Source: Octopus vulgaris (lineage: Eukaryota). From it: 64,000 bases of DNA. The DNA is taken from contig OX597819.1 of the NCBI GenBank assembly GCA_951406725.2, positions 27,838,001 through 27,902,000 of the forward strand, given 5' to 3'. The position numbers were made by a program, and so were the translations under genes. Positions 40,678 to 54,000 of the stretch are shown in pieces. The notes under the pieces are model-generated. The model was not told the origin of the DNA, made no database searches, and was given only the letters and a program-made list of their open reading frames with translations. The first letter of the stretch is position 1, and every line of letters begins with the position of its first letter.

Positions 40678-43600
40678 CTAGGGATTGTACTTGGAACCTC
40701 TATTAAATGATAGATGGTAGTTAAAGATTCCAGGTTATGCTCATCATCATCGTCATCGTTTAATGTCCGCTTTCCATTCTGGCATGGGTTGGATGGTTTG
40801 AATGATATATAAATTGCAACAGAAATAAAATATATTGTAACAATATTTATGGAAAATATAGTCCTAAATGGCTGGAGGTAAAGTTGCTTGATGTTCTGGT
40901 TTTAGTTTTCTACAATAGGAAACTTTGCATGAATAAAAATCTGAAGCAAAGGGTAAATTATTTATCCTTAATCACAAAAGTTAGCCATAGAAATTGTCTT
41001 AAAAAGAGTTTATCACTTTTTGTCTTGATTAATATACTTCAACTTATGGCAGTTCATTATAAGAAATAAGTTTGTAGTAATTGAAAGAAATTTAGATTTT
41101 CAGTTCTTAAGGAAGGGATGAAAAATTAAATTTATTCATAAATAAAATCTAAATTTTATGAAACAAATATTTTCTGGATAGATTTGAGAAAAATTTCCCA
41201 TTAATTTGTGACTAATCGCCATGTGTAATTCCTTCCTAATCCAGCTGTCACACATTTATCTACCTATAACAGGTGCCTTAAAAGTTGACAGTTGTTAGAT
41301 ATTCACTTGGCTAGGTTGCTTTTATTCATTTAGAAATATATGGCTTTTGTCATAGTTTATCTAAATATTTTCACTAAGCTGTTGTTTACAGTCTATAGAA
41401 GAGTTAGTAGGCTGTGGAGCATTTTAAGTCTGTTTATGTTAGGAAACATATGAAAAGGACATCTTAAAACTCTGAATGTTATATTGATGTTGTTTATCTG
41501 GCTGAATTTAGGTGAAGGTGATAGAAACAAGTAGAGTAGAATAGTAGACAAAATACTGTCACTACCCCTCCTGTTTAAACATAAGAGAAAACAAAAGCAA
41601 ACTGAATGCCAAAACTTATTACAGTTAAACCTTTCTTTCGTTGGAATTTGTAAACAACTCTAAATAATAATTGTAGCAATTTTGTTAATGACTTTTAGAA
41701 ACTATAAAATATGTTAGTAGATTTAACCACTGCAATTTTAGTGAGTAGAGAAAAAACAAAAATCTTTCCTTCTCGCTGCTTTCATTCCAGTTTGAATTTG
41801 ATGAGATTTCCTTAGGTCTACATTGATTGATTAGTCACTTGAATAGAAATATTGAACGTCAGATACATGGATGTCTGTGAGGAGAATTAGCTAACATATA
41901 AAATGGTACTTTTTTTTTTCTGAGGGCTGTTTGATTAGTGCATAAGATATTTGTCTCTTCGTAGTACACTGGATCATTCATACTTTAACCCCTGTTTTCC
42001 ATGCTGCCATAAGCTGGTTATATCTGCAATCACTGGCTCGGGAACAAAATTTGCTTAGAGGATGCAAACCCAGGGCCCCAAAATTTTTACAAATATGGTC
42101 ATTTTTTTTATTTATTTATGTTCTTTGTTCTTTGAGAAGACACTTAATTCAAGCTACTTTTAGCAGATCACTTTCCACTCAATGTTTTCTGAACCTGAGA
42201 AAAGTTAAGTAGGAATGCAAATTTTGATTTTGCACCCTACAAAAAGTTTAGTGGGTGCGCTTGCACCTCCTGTCTCTGGGCCCTTGTCTACAATACAGTA
42301 TTTCACTATGTGTCATGATGTTGCATCATCTCAATTGTGAAACTCAACATCTTGAGATTTGATCTCACTACCTCTTCCTATGCCTCAGTTTTCTTTCATT
42401 TGCTACAAGCATCTTCCACTGCAAACATCCTTTGTTTACCCAATACTTGTCCATATACATCATATTTTCACAACAAATGCTTTGACTAGTGGCTCTACTA
42501 GTCAGTTCTTCTCATATATCAATTGTTTTTGATTTTCTGTGCAAATTAACATTACATATACATCATTCTTGATTTCTTGTGCAGCAGCAGACTTAGACAT
42601 CCTTAATACAGTGTACTTATTAAATGGATAAAGAAACTCCTTCTGTGCCAACAGAATAACCCAAACTTCTATTTATTTCTAACACTAGCTAGTTACTATT
42701 ATTTTTGCTGCAACTGACCCCAATTCTAATTAGTTTATCCCAGGTAACAAAATCTATGAAATTTTAGTGGAATATCCAGAGAGTTCATGGACGTAATTTT
42801 TGGGGTGCTTCTATTAGTAGCTTCTATTGTACATTTATCATCTTTTTAAAATCTTTTTTACCTGTCAGCCTAGTTTCATTGTCATCATCATCATAATGGT
42901 TTCAAATTTTGGCACAAGGCCAGCAAGTTTGGAGGAGGAGTGAGTTGGTTAAGTGTTCAACTGGTACTTATTCTAATCAACCCAGAAAGGGTGAAAAGCA
43001 AAGTCAACCTTGAATTCAGTACATAAAGACAGATGAAATGCTGCCAAGCATTTTGCCTGGTATGCTAACGATTCTGCCAGCTCGCTACCTTACATAATAA
43101 TAATGATAATGATGATAATAATAATAATAACTATAAAATAATATAAAATAATAATAATATAAAATAATAATAGGGAAAGCAAAACCACTGACATGGTAAA
43201 AATAGACTTTTTAAACAGTAAAATAGATAGAGAGCATTTGTATTAAACCTGTTTGGTTTTGACTAAACTATGAAAATAATAGTAACACTAGCTCTGCTGA
43301 ATACAATATCTAATGTTACGGCATTGATTGTTACTTGCTGTAGTTTTAAGTTTATAGATAATGTTTCATAGGTAATAAGACAGTCGAAGTTTGTGTTCAT
43401 TCATAGAGACCACACAGGTTTTGGTCAAGTTAATTCTTGCATAGAGCATTGAATGTTATTTTTTTTTTATCTCAATAAATTAAAGGCAGTTGAATGGTTT
43501 AAATAGATATGTTGTTAGCTAACTATTTTACCTATGAGCTATTGTTTAAAATCTTGTAAAAGCTTTCCAGTGGAGTTACAGGAAACCATTTCATGTTGTG

Positions 43601-46600
43601 TTATTTATTCTCCATTACAGTGGATAAAGAGTTTTATGCACAATATATGTTAGATGGTTTTTAATAATAGGGCTCACTCTTTTGCAAGCATTTGGACCAG
43701 GTTCTGGTTTGAGGATAACTTCTCCCCATTAATCTCAGGAGGTCCTGAAAATATATGAAGGATCTTGGGAAGTGCCCTCCATTCCTTGAAGAAACTGTAA
43801 AATATTCTGATATCAATTACCTTATTTATTGGCCTATAAGACACATTATCCTTTAATGTCTGTTTTCCATGCAGGCATGGATGGGATGGTTTGAATAGAG
43901 CTGGCAAGCTGGAGAGCTGCACCAGGTTCTAGTCTGATTTAGCTTAGTTTCCATAGCTGGTTGCCCTTCCTAACGCCATCCACTTTACAGTGTGTACTGG
44001 ATGCTTTTAACGTTGCATGCTCTTTTTTAATTTTTAAAAGTATCCAAAAATTGCTCTGTGTCTAATTCAGCAGTATTTTGGATGAGAGACTCTGTACCAT
44101 AGACTAGGAAGTCTGCTGAGCATAAGCCCACTAGATACACTAATGGTTACTAATAGTAAAATATTGATTTCAAATTTTAGCACAAGGCCAGCAATTTCAG
44201 GGGAGGAGAGCAAGTCGAATACATCAATGCCATTGCTCAACTGGTACTTATTTTATCAACCCTAAGTGGGACAAAAGGCAAAGTTTACCATGGTGGAATT
44301 TGAACTCAGAATGTAAAGATGGATGAAATGCCACTAAACATTTTGTCCAGCATGCTAACAATTCTGCTAGCTTGCTACCTTATACTAATATTGAAATATT
44401 GGAAACAAGCCAAATTATCACAGACTGTCAGCACAAACTTACTAAAAACTGCATCATTTCTTTATACCAGCATGCATAAGCCCACACCTGAGATATGTCT
44501 TACATTAGTTAATGGCTCTTTTACCGTTAATTCTTTAGCATTTAGGTTACTTGGTCAAATGTAATATTTATTTATTTACATAGTTTTGGATTGATTATCC
44601 ATTATCTCAGATCTTGGTCAGTTTAAATGCTTCAAGAAACATTTTTTTATTTTCTGGGTAAAAAAAATTCTTCTAAAAAGATCAAACGAATGTTAAATTT
44701 TCCTCTGCCTATCAGCTATTTGTAATTAGTATATGACATTAAACTATCATGACAGTAGCTAACCTGATAAATAATTGTGGTTATTTGAGATGCGACAGCC
44801 AGAAATACAAGTTTTACATCCTGTATGGCAATTTTCTTCAGCAAAATATAGACATTTATTCCCATTATGTAGTTTATTTAGGATATATTTATGGCTTCGT
44901 ACTTTAATCCAGTATATCATGACATTTTATTTACATGCACAGAACCATATCTTTTCTTCTACAAAACTTCTTTAAAATACTGAATTTCTTTTTACACTTG
45001 TAAAATAGGAGTGTTATATGCTGGCAAATACAGTAATTCTCTCTCTCTCTCTCTCTCTCTCCCCCTCTTACTCTTTCATGCTGATTAGTTTCTATCAAAT
45101 TTTAATTAATCAGTTGTGAAAAATTCAAGTTTGTCAGTTGGTTATAGAGTTTATAACTTTTAATTTGTAAAATGCTATTTTAAATGTTTAGTTTTAAGTT
45201 TTTGTCAATTTTAAGACTCTCACTTAGCATAAGCTTTTGAGTCACTTAGTCATAAGTTCAAAATTTAATATTCTAGTTATTGTATTGAGTCCTTGAGCAT
45301 GGCACATAACTGCTGGTTGCCATCTGACTTGGGTGGTTCAGCTTATATACATGAAAAGGTGACCATTTGTAAAATTAATTTTTTAAAGAATTTTCAAAGT
45401 GCCTTGATTTCCTAAATGCCATCTCACCTGTTATCCAAGCATAAAAAATAGATATGAAACACACTGAAAGAAAAAAGATTCTCTAAATATAATATTATTG
45501 TGATTATTGAAATAGTTTTGCAAGAACTACATCAATGAATGTATTGTTATGTGGTCGGTCAACCAAGTAGAAATAACAGTGAAATCTCCTTGCAATAACA
45601 CCCGTACAGTTTTAAAAAAGAAGGATACATTGGATATTGTCGTTCACTGCCTGAAAAAAAAAAAAAAATGAAAGACAGTATTGTTGTAGTTGGGATCCTT
45701 TTTTTTTTATTGATGAATTGTCATCAGAAGAATCCAATAATGAATTTTAAAAAGTTGGTGACAGAGGATGTGACATTCATGCTTTCTTAAAAAATATAGT
45801 TAGTGGCTTGAGTGGGAATTGAAACTGTGTCACGATTCTAGTGGGGGCATGCAATAATAAGGATACTTTTTCTTGTTAAGTACTTTTCACAATTGAAATG
45901 TTGTGGTTTTCAAAATTGAACTTTTGGTGATCCTGTTGATGAGATATAGTAATTATCTATTGTCTACTCAAGGTTCTTGGGAAGTCATAAAACCAGTACT
46001 TCAAGCTAATGACAGACATGTTAATTATATACACATAGTGCATTGTGATTAGGTGGTGATATGACTGATAGCTATCCTGATAACTCACTCTTTTGCCAAT
46101 GATATCCATCATGCTATTAACTCAAAGTGCAATTTCATGTAAATAGCAACTAATGACATTTTAATGTGTCTTAATTGATATGCATGTATGTGTGCTTGCA
46201 TGCATGCACATGTGCACTGCTCACGAATACACTTACACACCTGTTGATTCTCTCTCTCTTTTCTGTCATTCTTTCTCCTCCTCTGCTTCCTCATCGTCAT
46301 TATTATGTCTGCTTTTTCATGTTGGCGATGGATCGGACAAGGTTTATTGAGGCAGCTACTGCACATTTTGTTTCCTGGACACATATACATGACATTGTTG
46401 AAGAAATGGTGTCAATGCAATGACATGTAGAAATAAAGCACGCACACACACACATGTATACAACTGAATTCTGAGCAGTTTCCACTTACAAAGCTAAAGC
46501 AAAAGATACATTCTCAAGGTGCCACACATTGGGTTAGAGCCCAAAAACCATGTGGTTATGAAGTGAATTTCATTCCTTTGCTATTCTATTATGCTCGCTC

Positions 46601-49600
46601 TAAGCTATGCCTACACTGAATTGGGCAAAGTGTTTGGTCTGTGGGAAGTCTGTCATGTTGACCATTCCGTAAAGTTATACATGTTGTTAATTATGGCTTC
46701 TTACATTTGCACATGAATACAGACTTTTGGGGGAAAAGTAGTTAATTACATCATCAGTATCATCATCATCAGCATCATCAATCCTGGACATTATTGTCTC
46801 AAGTCCTTGGACTCATAGAGCTGGTTACTTGGTTGTTTCAATGGCATGTAAGTGACCAGGATCACAACACACCTCTGAACAAAATGCCAGTCTGTTGCAG
46901 AGTTCATCATTATCATCATCTAACGTCTGCTTTCCATGCTGGCATGGGTTGGATGGTTTGGCAAGAGCTGGCTAGGCAGAAGACCGCACCATGCATCGCT
47001 GTCTGTTTTGGCATGGTTTTTACAGCTGGTTGCCCTTCCTAATGCCAACCACTCCACAGTTATTCATTTAAAGCTGAATAGATTGAAACAATGGGAAATG
47101 AAGTGCTTTGTTCAAGAAAACAGCATACCAACAGTCTGAGAATCAAAACCATAATCCCGTGATTGTGAGTGCAACACCCTAACCACTGTTGTTGTTTGTT
47201 TCTCCTCAAGCCATGCCTAGCTTGTAAGGACCAGTTTCCTAGTTTCATTGGTATATAGGTTCCCCACCTGGACAGTACACCAGTCCATCACAGGTGAGCT
47301 GCTAGATGCAGGAGGAAAGAGTGAGAGAAAGTTGTGATGAAAATGTCAGAAATTCGTCATTACCTTCTTTTGGATCTGTGTGGAGCTTAGGTGTTTCTCT
47401 TATAAACACACACATCGCCCAGTCTGAGATTCAAACCCACAATCCGTCGACCGCGAGTTCGCTGCTCTAACCACTAGGCTATGTGCCTCCACACCCTAAC
47501 TACTAGGCCATTTTAATTAGTCAGAACTCAGTATATTACCGTACTTATTTCATAAACCAAGAAGGATGCAAAATCTATGTCAGTCCTAGTGGGATATGAA
47601 ATCTGCTACTCGACCACTCTTAATATTGATTTCTAAATTTGAGGAGCAAGGTTTAGTTGATTAAATCATGAAATTGAATTGTATTCCATTGAAATCCAGG
47701 TTAATTGTGTAAACCCCATCAGCATATAGAGAAATGCCATTCTTTTGTTTATTCTTAAACTCTTTTCTCAGTCTCTTAATATTCTTACCAGTAAAGTTGC
47801 TGTTTCTAATGGAATATCAGCACCCGTGTTACAAAAATAGAGGCTGCCCACAGACAACAAATTATAATTTAGACTTTGATGTAAAGAATAATAATGACTA
47901 GATGCCAATATTTTATAGTGTAGTGTCTCTGCTACCGATACCTTGCTAATATAATGATTGATTCATACAATCTAAAGCAGCTTTCTCTTTTCTTTATTTT
48001 TATCTATAAGTAAAAAAGAAGTGAAGAAGTCATATAGACTTATAGGGCTAGTTCCCATGGCATATGTATTCCCCACCTGGACGGGATGCCAGTCCATTGC
48101 ATGATTGTGCTGTGTGGACTGGGGCAACTTGAAATGAAGTGTTTTACTCAAGAACATGTTACCCAGTCCAGGAATCGAAACCACAATCTTATGATTATGA
48201 GTCTAACACCCTAATCACTAAGCTATGTGCCTCCACTTTATCTTTGTCCAACCCATGCTAGCATGGAAAGCGGACGTTAAACGATGATGATGATGTACAA
48301 TCGAAATTTACTTGCTGTGGGGAACCTAGTTAATTAATCTGTATAAGAAATTATATAGTATCTACTTGAATTCTGAGTACTTTGCTAAATGAGGTTATTG
48401 ACCTTCCTGTCACTTCCATAAACAAATTCAACATAAACATATTCAAACATTTGAAAGACCTCTCTTTTCAAATGTAAAATTTTAAAACACGTCATTTAAT
48501 GATAATAATAATAATCCGTCCTACTATATAGTCACAAGGCCTGAAATTATGGTGAGGAGGAGAGTTGATTACATCGACCCCAGTGATCAAGTGGTACTCT
48601 TTTTATTGACCCCAAGAGGATGAATTTGAACTGAAGAACGTGAAGATGGACAATATACCACTAAGCGTTTTTCCCTTAGTGTTAACAATTCTGCCAGCTC
48701 ACCACCTTTGATAATAATGATAATAATAATCACCACCACTACTACTACTAGCATCTTATTGTTGATTTAATCAATTTTGTTTATTTTTTATAGCTATGCC
48801 ATTCATTTGTGGGACTTGAACATGGATGGAATCTGGGAAAAGCGATCTCTCTATGTCTACTATTCAGAGCTAATATTCCAGTTAGCTGCTCTTATTGTTG
48901 AATTTGCACACCATTTTCACATGCTGGTAAGATTGCTGTTTTTTTTATTCACTGCTTCACATTTTCATAACTGTTGAATGTTAAAAAAAAAATAAATCAA
49001 GAATTATTCTTGTTCCTTTCCTCTCATACCTTCTTATCCACTCTTCCACTTCACCTTTTTATCCCTCTCTCTTTACACAATATAACTTTGTGAATTTTCT
49101 CAAGTTTTGCTCTCTTATGATTTTGTACAATATTTTGTTTCATACTTCTCAGGTCATGAGATTTCTAAATTTATTCTATTCAATACTATATTCTGTACTA
49201 TAATAAACTGGCTCTATTTGCTAAATATAACCTCTATCAGCTCGAGCTATCCTCTGGCATAATCAGCTGAATGTTTAAATGCAAACCAATCTGTGTTTTT
49301 ATTTTGAATATATTATCATGACTGGTATTCCCATTGGTTATGGTGACAAGTGTTCCAGTTGATCCAATCAATAAAACAGTCTGCTTGTGAAATTAATATG
49401 CAAGTGGCGGAGCACTCCACAAATGCACACACCATTAATGTAGTTCGCAGGGAGATTGAGCATGACACAGAATGTGTCAGGGCTAGCCCTTAGAATTACA
49501 AATACAATTCATCTTTGCTAGCTGAGTGGACTGGGGCAACATAAAAAAATAAAGTATCTTGCTCGTGGACTCAACGCACTACCAGGAATTGAACTTGCAT

Positions 49601-51041
49601 CTTTATTGAACTTTACATCTTGTGATATTTGTAAATGATTTTTATGAGTCAAACACCTTTACCACTAAGCCACGTGCCTTCGTATGATTTAAGATTAGAA
49701 TATGTTGCTCAGTGTAACACCATCTCATGGCCCCTGGTGGGTGCATTAGTAGAATCCATTTCTATGCAAGTATTTGAACCAGGTTTGAGGATAATTTGGT
49801 GTCTTGATGTACAGGAGTCACAGTTTTCACCACTCTCCTCACTGTCACCTACTTCTGAGGGCTCTGACAAAAAAAAAAAATTGATAAAAATATGTAGTCC
49901 CACATTGAATACATTATTGAGTATTTTGGGGGTTCCTTTAACGGCTCAAACTTCCTAGTAGTCACCCCATCATGTAGCTTTTTATTTTTCGTACACTATC
50001 ATCATCAAACTATTTGTAAATAAGAAACATTATATTTGTTGATCTGTTGAGTTAGGCTTCAGTTCATTTGTTTATATTTGCAATATAATTTAATACTAAG
50101 TATTTCATTTTTTCATTGTTATGGTAATTTATACTTCCTTGTATGGCGTTTTTTTAAACTGTTAATAGATGTTAAAAATCACATGATAGATTATCCTGCT
50201 TGTCATCTAACTTTTTATTTTTATCATAACTGTACAGTTATTTACTACAGAAAATGGTTAATTTACAAATTAACTATCTTCGCAAGATTAATTGTAGAAA
50301 AATTAACTCAATTTAAATAGATACAAGTGGTCATTCAAAGAGATTAATAGATTGCAAATTTATTCTGTTCAGTTACCTATCAGCATAGTGATCATTGGCA
50401 AACTCCAGAGGTGGCACTTTCATTTCCCCTTAGCCCTCATATCACAAGGTTGTTAATGTTTGAGTTGGGTCATGCCCTTCCAATTGCTATAGATCCGTAA
50501 TGCATCTTACGGCCGTGCCAGTCATCTGTATGGTGAGGAATCCTACATTGGTAACGACCAGGGTAGGGTAGCTGACTGCTTATTGTGATCATTCATCTTT
50601 TGGTTTCTGGTAGCTTTGCTCTCTTTTACAAACCCAGTAAACATTCATATATTTTCGATTTCAAAGAAATTTGAACAATAGATATGACACAAGTTAAAAA
50701 AAGATTCCCAACAATTCAACTTCTCTGGTTGACTTTAAGACCCTATCCCACATTTTAGAGCTCCATGTGCTCCATTTTTCATGAGTAAAAACCTTTGAAT
50801 AGGTTTTTATAAGACTTGGGTTTTGGAATCTGGTCATAAAGATGAGTAGTATGGGATAAATATATCATGATTAGAATTTTTGTTGGGGTGTGTAAAGACA
50901 GAAAGAACCCTCATTAAAATTCTTAATCTCCAATTTTGATGAAATTTGAATCATAAATATTCCAGTTCATTAGAGAAAATATAAAAGAAAAGTTAATTTT
51001 TCAATTCCATATGACACGACCAATGCCCGGTATCTCTGCTA

Positions 51042-51085
<44 letters not shown>

Positions 51086-54000
51086 TTTGCCATGTTGGAC
51101 CATTGAACTCCACACGTTTTTTTTTCATTTTCTCTCTATTTATTTCCTCTTATTTATTCCTGTCAAAGAGCATAGGCTCAAAACATAAAAGACTTTTCCA
51201 CTTTTCCCAAGTGTCAAACTAATACACTTGCTTGTTGTTCATACACCTATCTTCATCTTTGTTTTTCTATAAATTTGAACTATATATATATATATATTAC
51301 ATGCCAACACATACACATACATGCACAGATGCTGTTATTTTGCACATACTATTACTATAACTTCAATAGTAAGTTAACATTATTTTGCTATTCTCTCCAG
51401 CTCTATGGTAAGATTTTCCTTAGTATGGCTAGTTTGGTGATTTTCATGCAATTGCGTTACTTGTTCCATGAGTTCCAGAGAAGGATCAAGCGACACAAAA
51501 ACTACATCAAAGTGGTACGCAACATGGAAGCAAGGTCAGTGTACTCTTGTTAAGTTGTAAATGTGATAAATCAATTAATCTCATTATCAAGCATAAATGC
51601 ATTTTCCTGTTTTTGAATTGTAATTAGATTTATTAACCAAACAAATCTATTTGTAGGTTTGGTTCAGTTTTTTAAAATTTAGGACAGATTCAGTTTTTCA
51701 TAATTTAGTTGATTTATTTTGCTCTATTTAAATTCTGATGTGAAATATGCATCAAAGATTGAAATTTTATTTTTATTTATTCCATTTTATATTTTTATAG
51801 ATTTCCAATGGCAAGTGCCAGTGATCTGGAAAATTGCAATGATGACTGTGCTATCTGTTGGGAAAAAATGGAAAATGCTCGCAAATTGCCTTGTGGCCAT
51901 CTTTTCCACCAGTAAGTTTATTTTGTTTATCATGTTTGGTCATGTGAATGAATCTTTTATTTTAGAAAGTCAAATAGTTTATTCATTTCACAAACCACAA
52001 GCTTCTATTTAAATTGTGCGTTCATTAAGCAGGCATGAAAAATTTGCTTTCAGATCAGACATTAATGTATAATTACCTGCCCCCCCCCCCACACACACAC
52101 ACAAGAATAAAGTGGCAAGTTGGCAGAATCATTAGCATGCCAGACAAAATGATTAGCAGCATTTCTACCAGCTCTTTATATTTTGAGTTCAAATCCTGTA
52201 GAGGTCAGCTTTGCCTTTCATCCTTTCGAGGTCAATAAAATAAAATACCAATCAATTACTGGGCATCAGTGTAATTAACTGATACCCTTACCCTAATATT
52301 GCTGGCCTCGTGCCAAATTTGGAGGTAGTTTTTTTCCCAGAATGTCTGGGTCCCTAATCTTCAACCAGGCAATCTAAGTTGGGACACAAGTACACACCAA
52401 ACATGTACTAACAATGACCACTTTAGGGCCAAACATTTTGTCCTGGGTTGTCTGTCATATCCAGTGATGCAAGTATGAGGTGGATGAACTAATTATTCAG
52501 GTATTATTTAACAGCCAAGTGTCTTTCTTGTTGCTCACCCATATCTGTTTTCAAGTAAGGGATTTCTTATTGCAATCATTATTGAAAGAGCAGAGCTGGA
52601 AAACAATTTTGTTGCAGGGTATGTCAATAAATGTTACCATTTTTAACCCAACATTTACTTGTTGGAACCTGGTGTGGCCACTGGCCTTTCAGTTCCTGTC
52701 AAGCTGTCCAATCCATGCCAGTATGGAAAACTGACATTCTGCATCTACATCTGCATCATCATCATGACAATGCAGAATGTAAACATTCCTATACACACTC
52801 TTATATACACATATGCAGACCTTTTCGACTCGAAAGTCGTCGTTCCCTCATGGATGGTGGTTTTCCAGAGTGGTCTGTTTTTTGCCGTTTCCTCCCAGTT
52901 AGTGAAGTCGATGTCACACTTTTTGAGGTTCGTTTTCAGGGAGTCCTTGTAGCGTTTCTTCTGGCCTCCTTTTGTACGCTTGCCGTCTTTGAGTTGGGAG
53001 TAGAAGATCTGTTTGGGAAGTTGTTCGTCAGTCATTCTAACCATGTGGTCTATAATAATAATAATAATTGTGTACAGTGCTCAGGTGCACTACAACTCAT
53101 CTAAAGTGTATATATAATCAGGTGAAGTTTCGGCGGATTTCGGAAAGCATGAGGGCCTTAAAAGATGCAACCAGCTGGTATCTCTCTTCCACGTTTCAGC
53201 AGTCTTGACAAATCTCCAGATTTGTCCGTCTGCAGAGCTGGAGGAGAAAAGACGATGACGGAAGGAGCGCCAACAACAACCACGTGCGACTCTCTTTCCG
53301 GCACTAGATGTCCGCACTACGACCGATCTTTTCAAGCAAAAATTGGTCTTATCGGTCACCTACGGACTCACCAGTAAATTTGCGCGAAGACCATCATCCT
53401 TGACCTTGAGGGATTGCCAAGATACACATATATGCAGCAGGCCTCCATACACTTTCTATTCATCAGATCTACTGATAAAATTTTGTTAACCTTCATTAAC
53501 ATTCATAGAAGACACTTACCCCATGCGCCAGACAGTCTGATTGAACTTGAGACTATGTGATAACGAAGCAAATTCCATATCCACATAGCCGTCTGCACTT
53601 TTTGTGTTAGTAAATATAACTTCCCTTGTTATAATTTATTGCTGAGTAGTTAAAGATCAGACAAAAAGTTGAATGTTTTTCATTTTCATCTTTGTATTCT
53701 CTTATTTGTCTCAGCAAGCAATCTTTTGATGTCCCTGTTTATTATTATTATCATTACAGTTCTTGCTTGAGATCTTGGTTAGAACAGGATACATCTTGTC
53801 CAACCTGTAGAACTATGTTAAATAATCGATCCAACAACGAGACAAATAGCAACCGGCCTGAAACTGAAGAAACTCCTGAAAATAACCCTCCACAACCACC
53901 TGGAGCTAATCAGCAGACAACCAACCATTTTTTCCATTTTGATGGTAGAGTAGCATCAATTATTACATTTAAAAAAAAAATTAGTGTTTGAATAAATATG

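Noticed and set aside
51408-51413. Strong donor-like GTAAGA 7 nt inside an AMFR exon
   Set aside because: Use would give a 7-nt exon and a frameshift; downstream codons are highly conserved, so treated as coding
52631-53104. 157-aa ORF
   Set aside because: Antisense reading of the LINE fragment plus repeat tails
53165-53377. C2H2 zinc-finger-like peptide (CPHYDRSF...LIGHLRTH)
   Set aside because: It is the C-terminus of the LINE ORF2, degenerate and frameshifted, not a host zinc-finger gene
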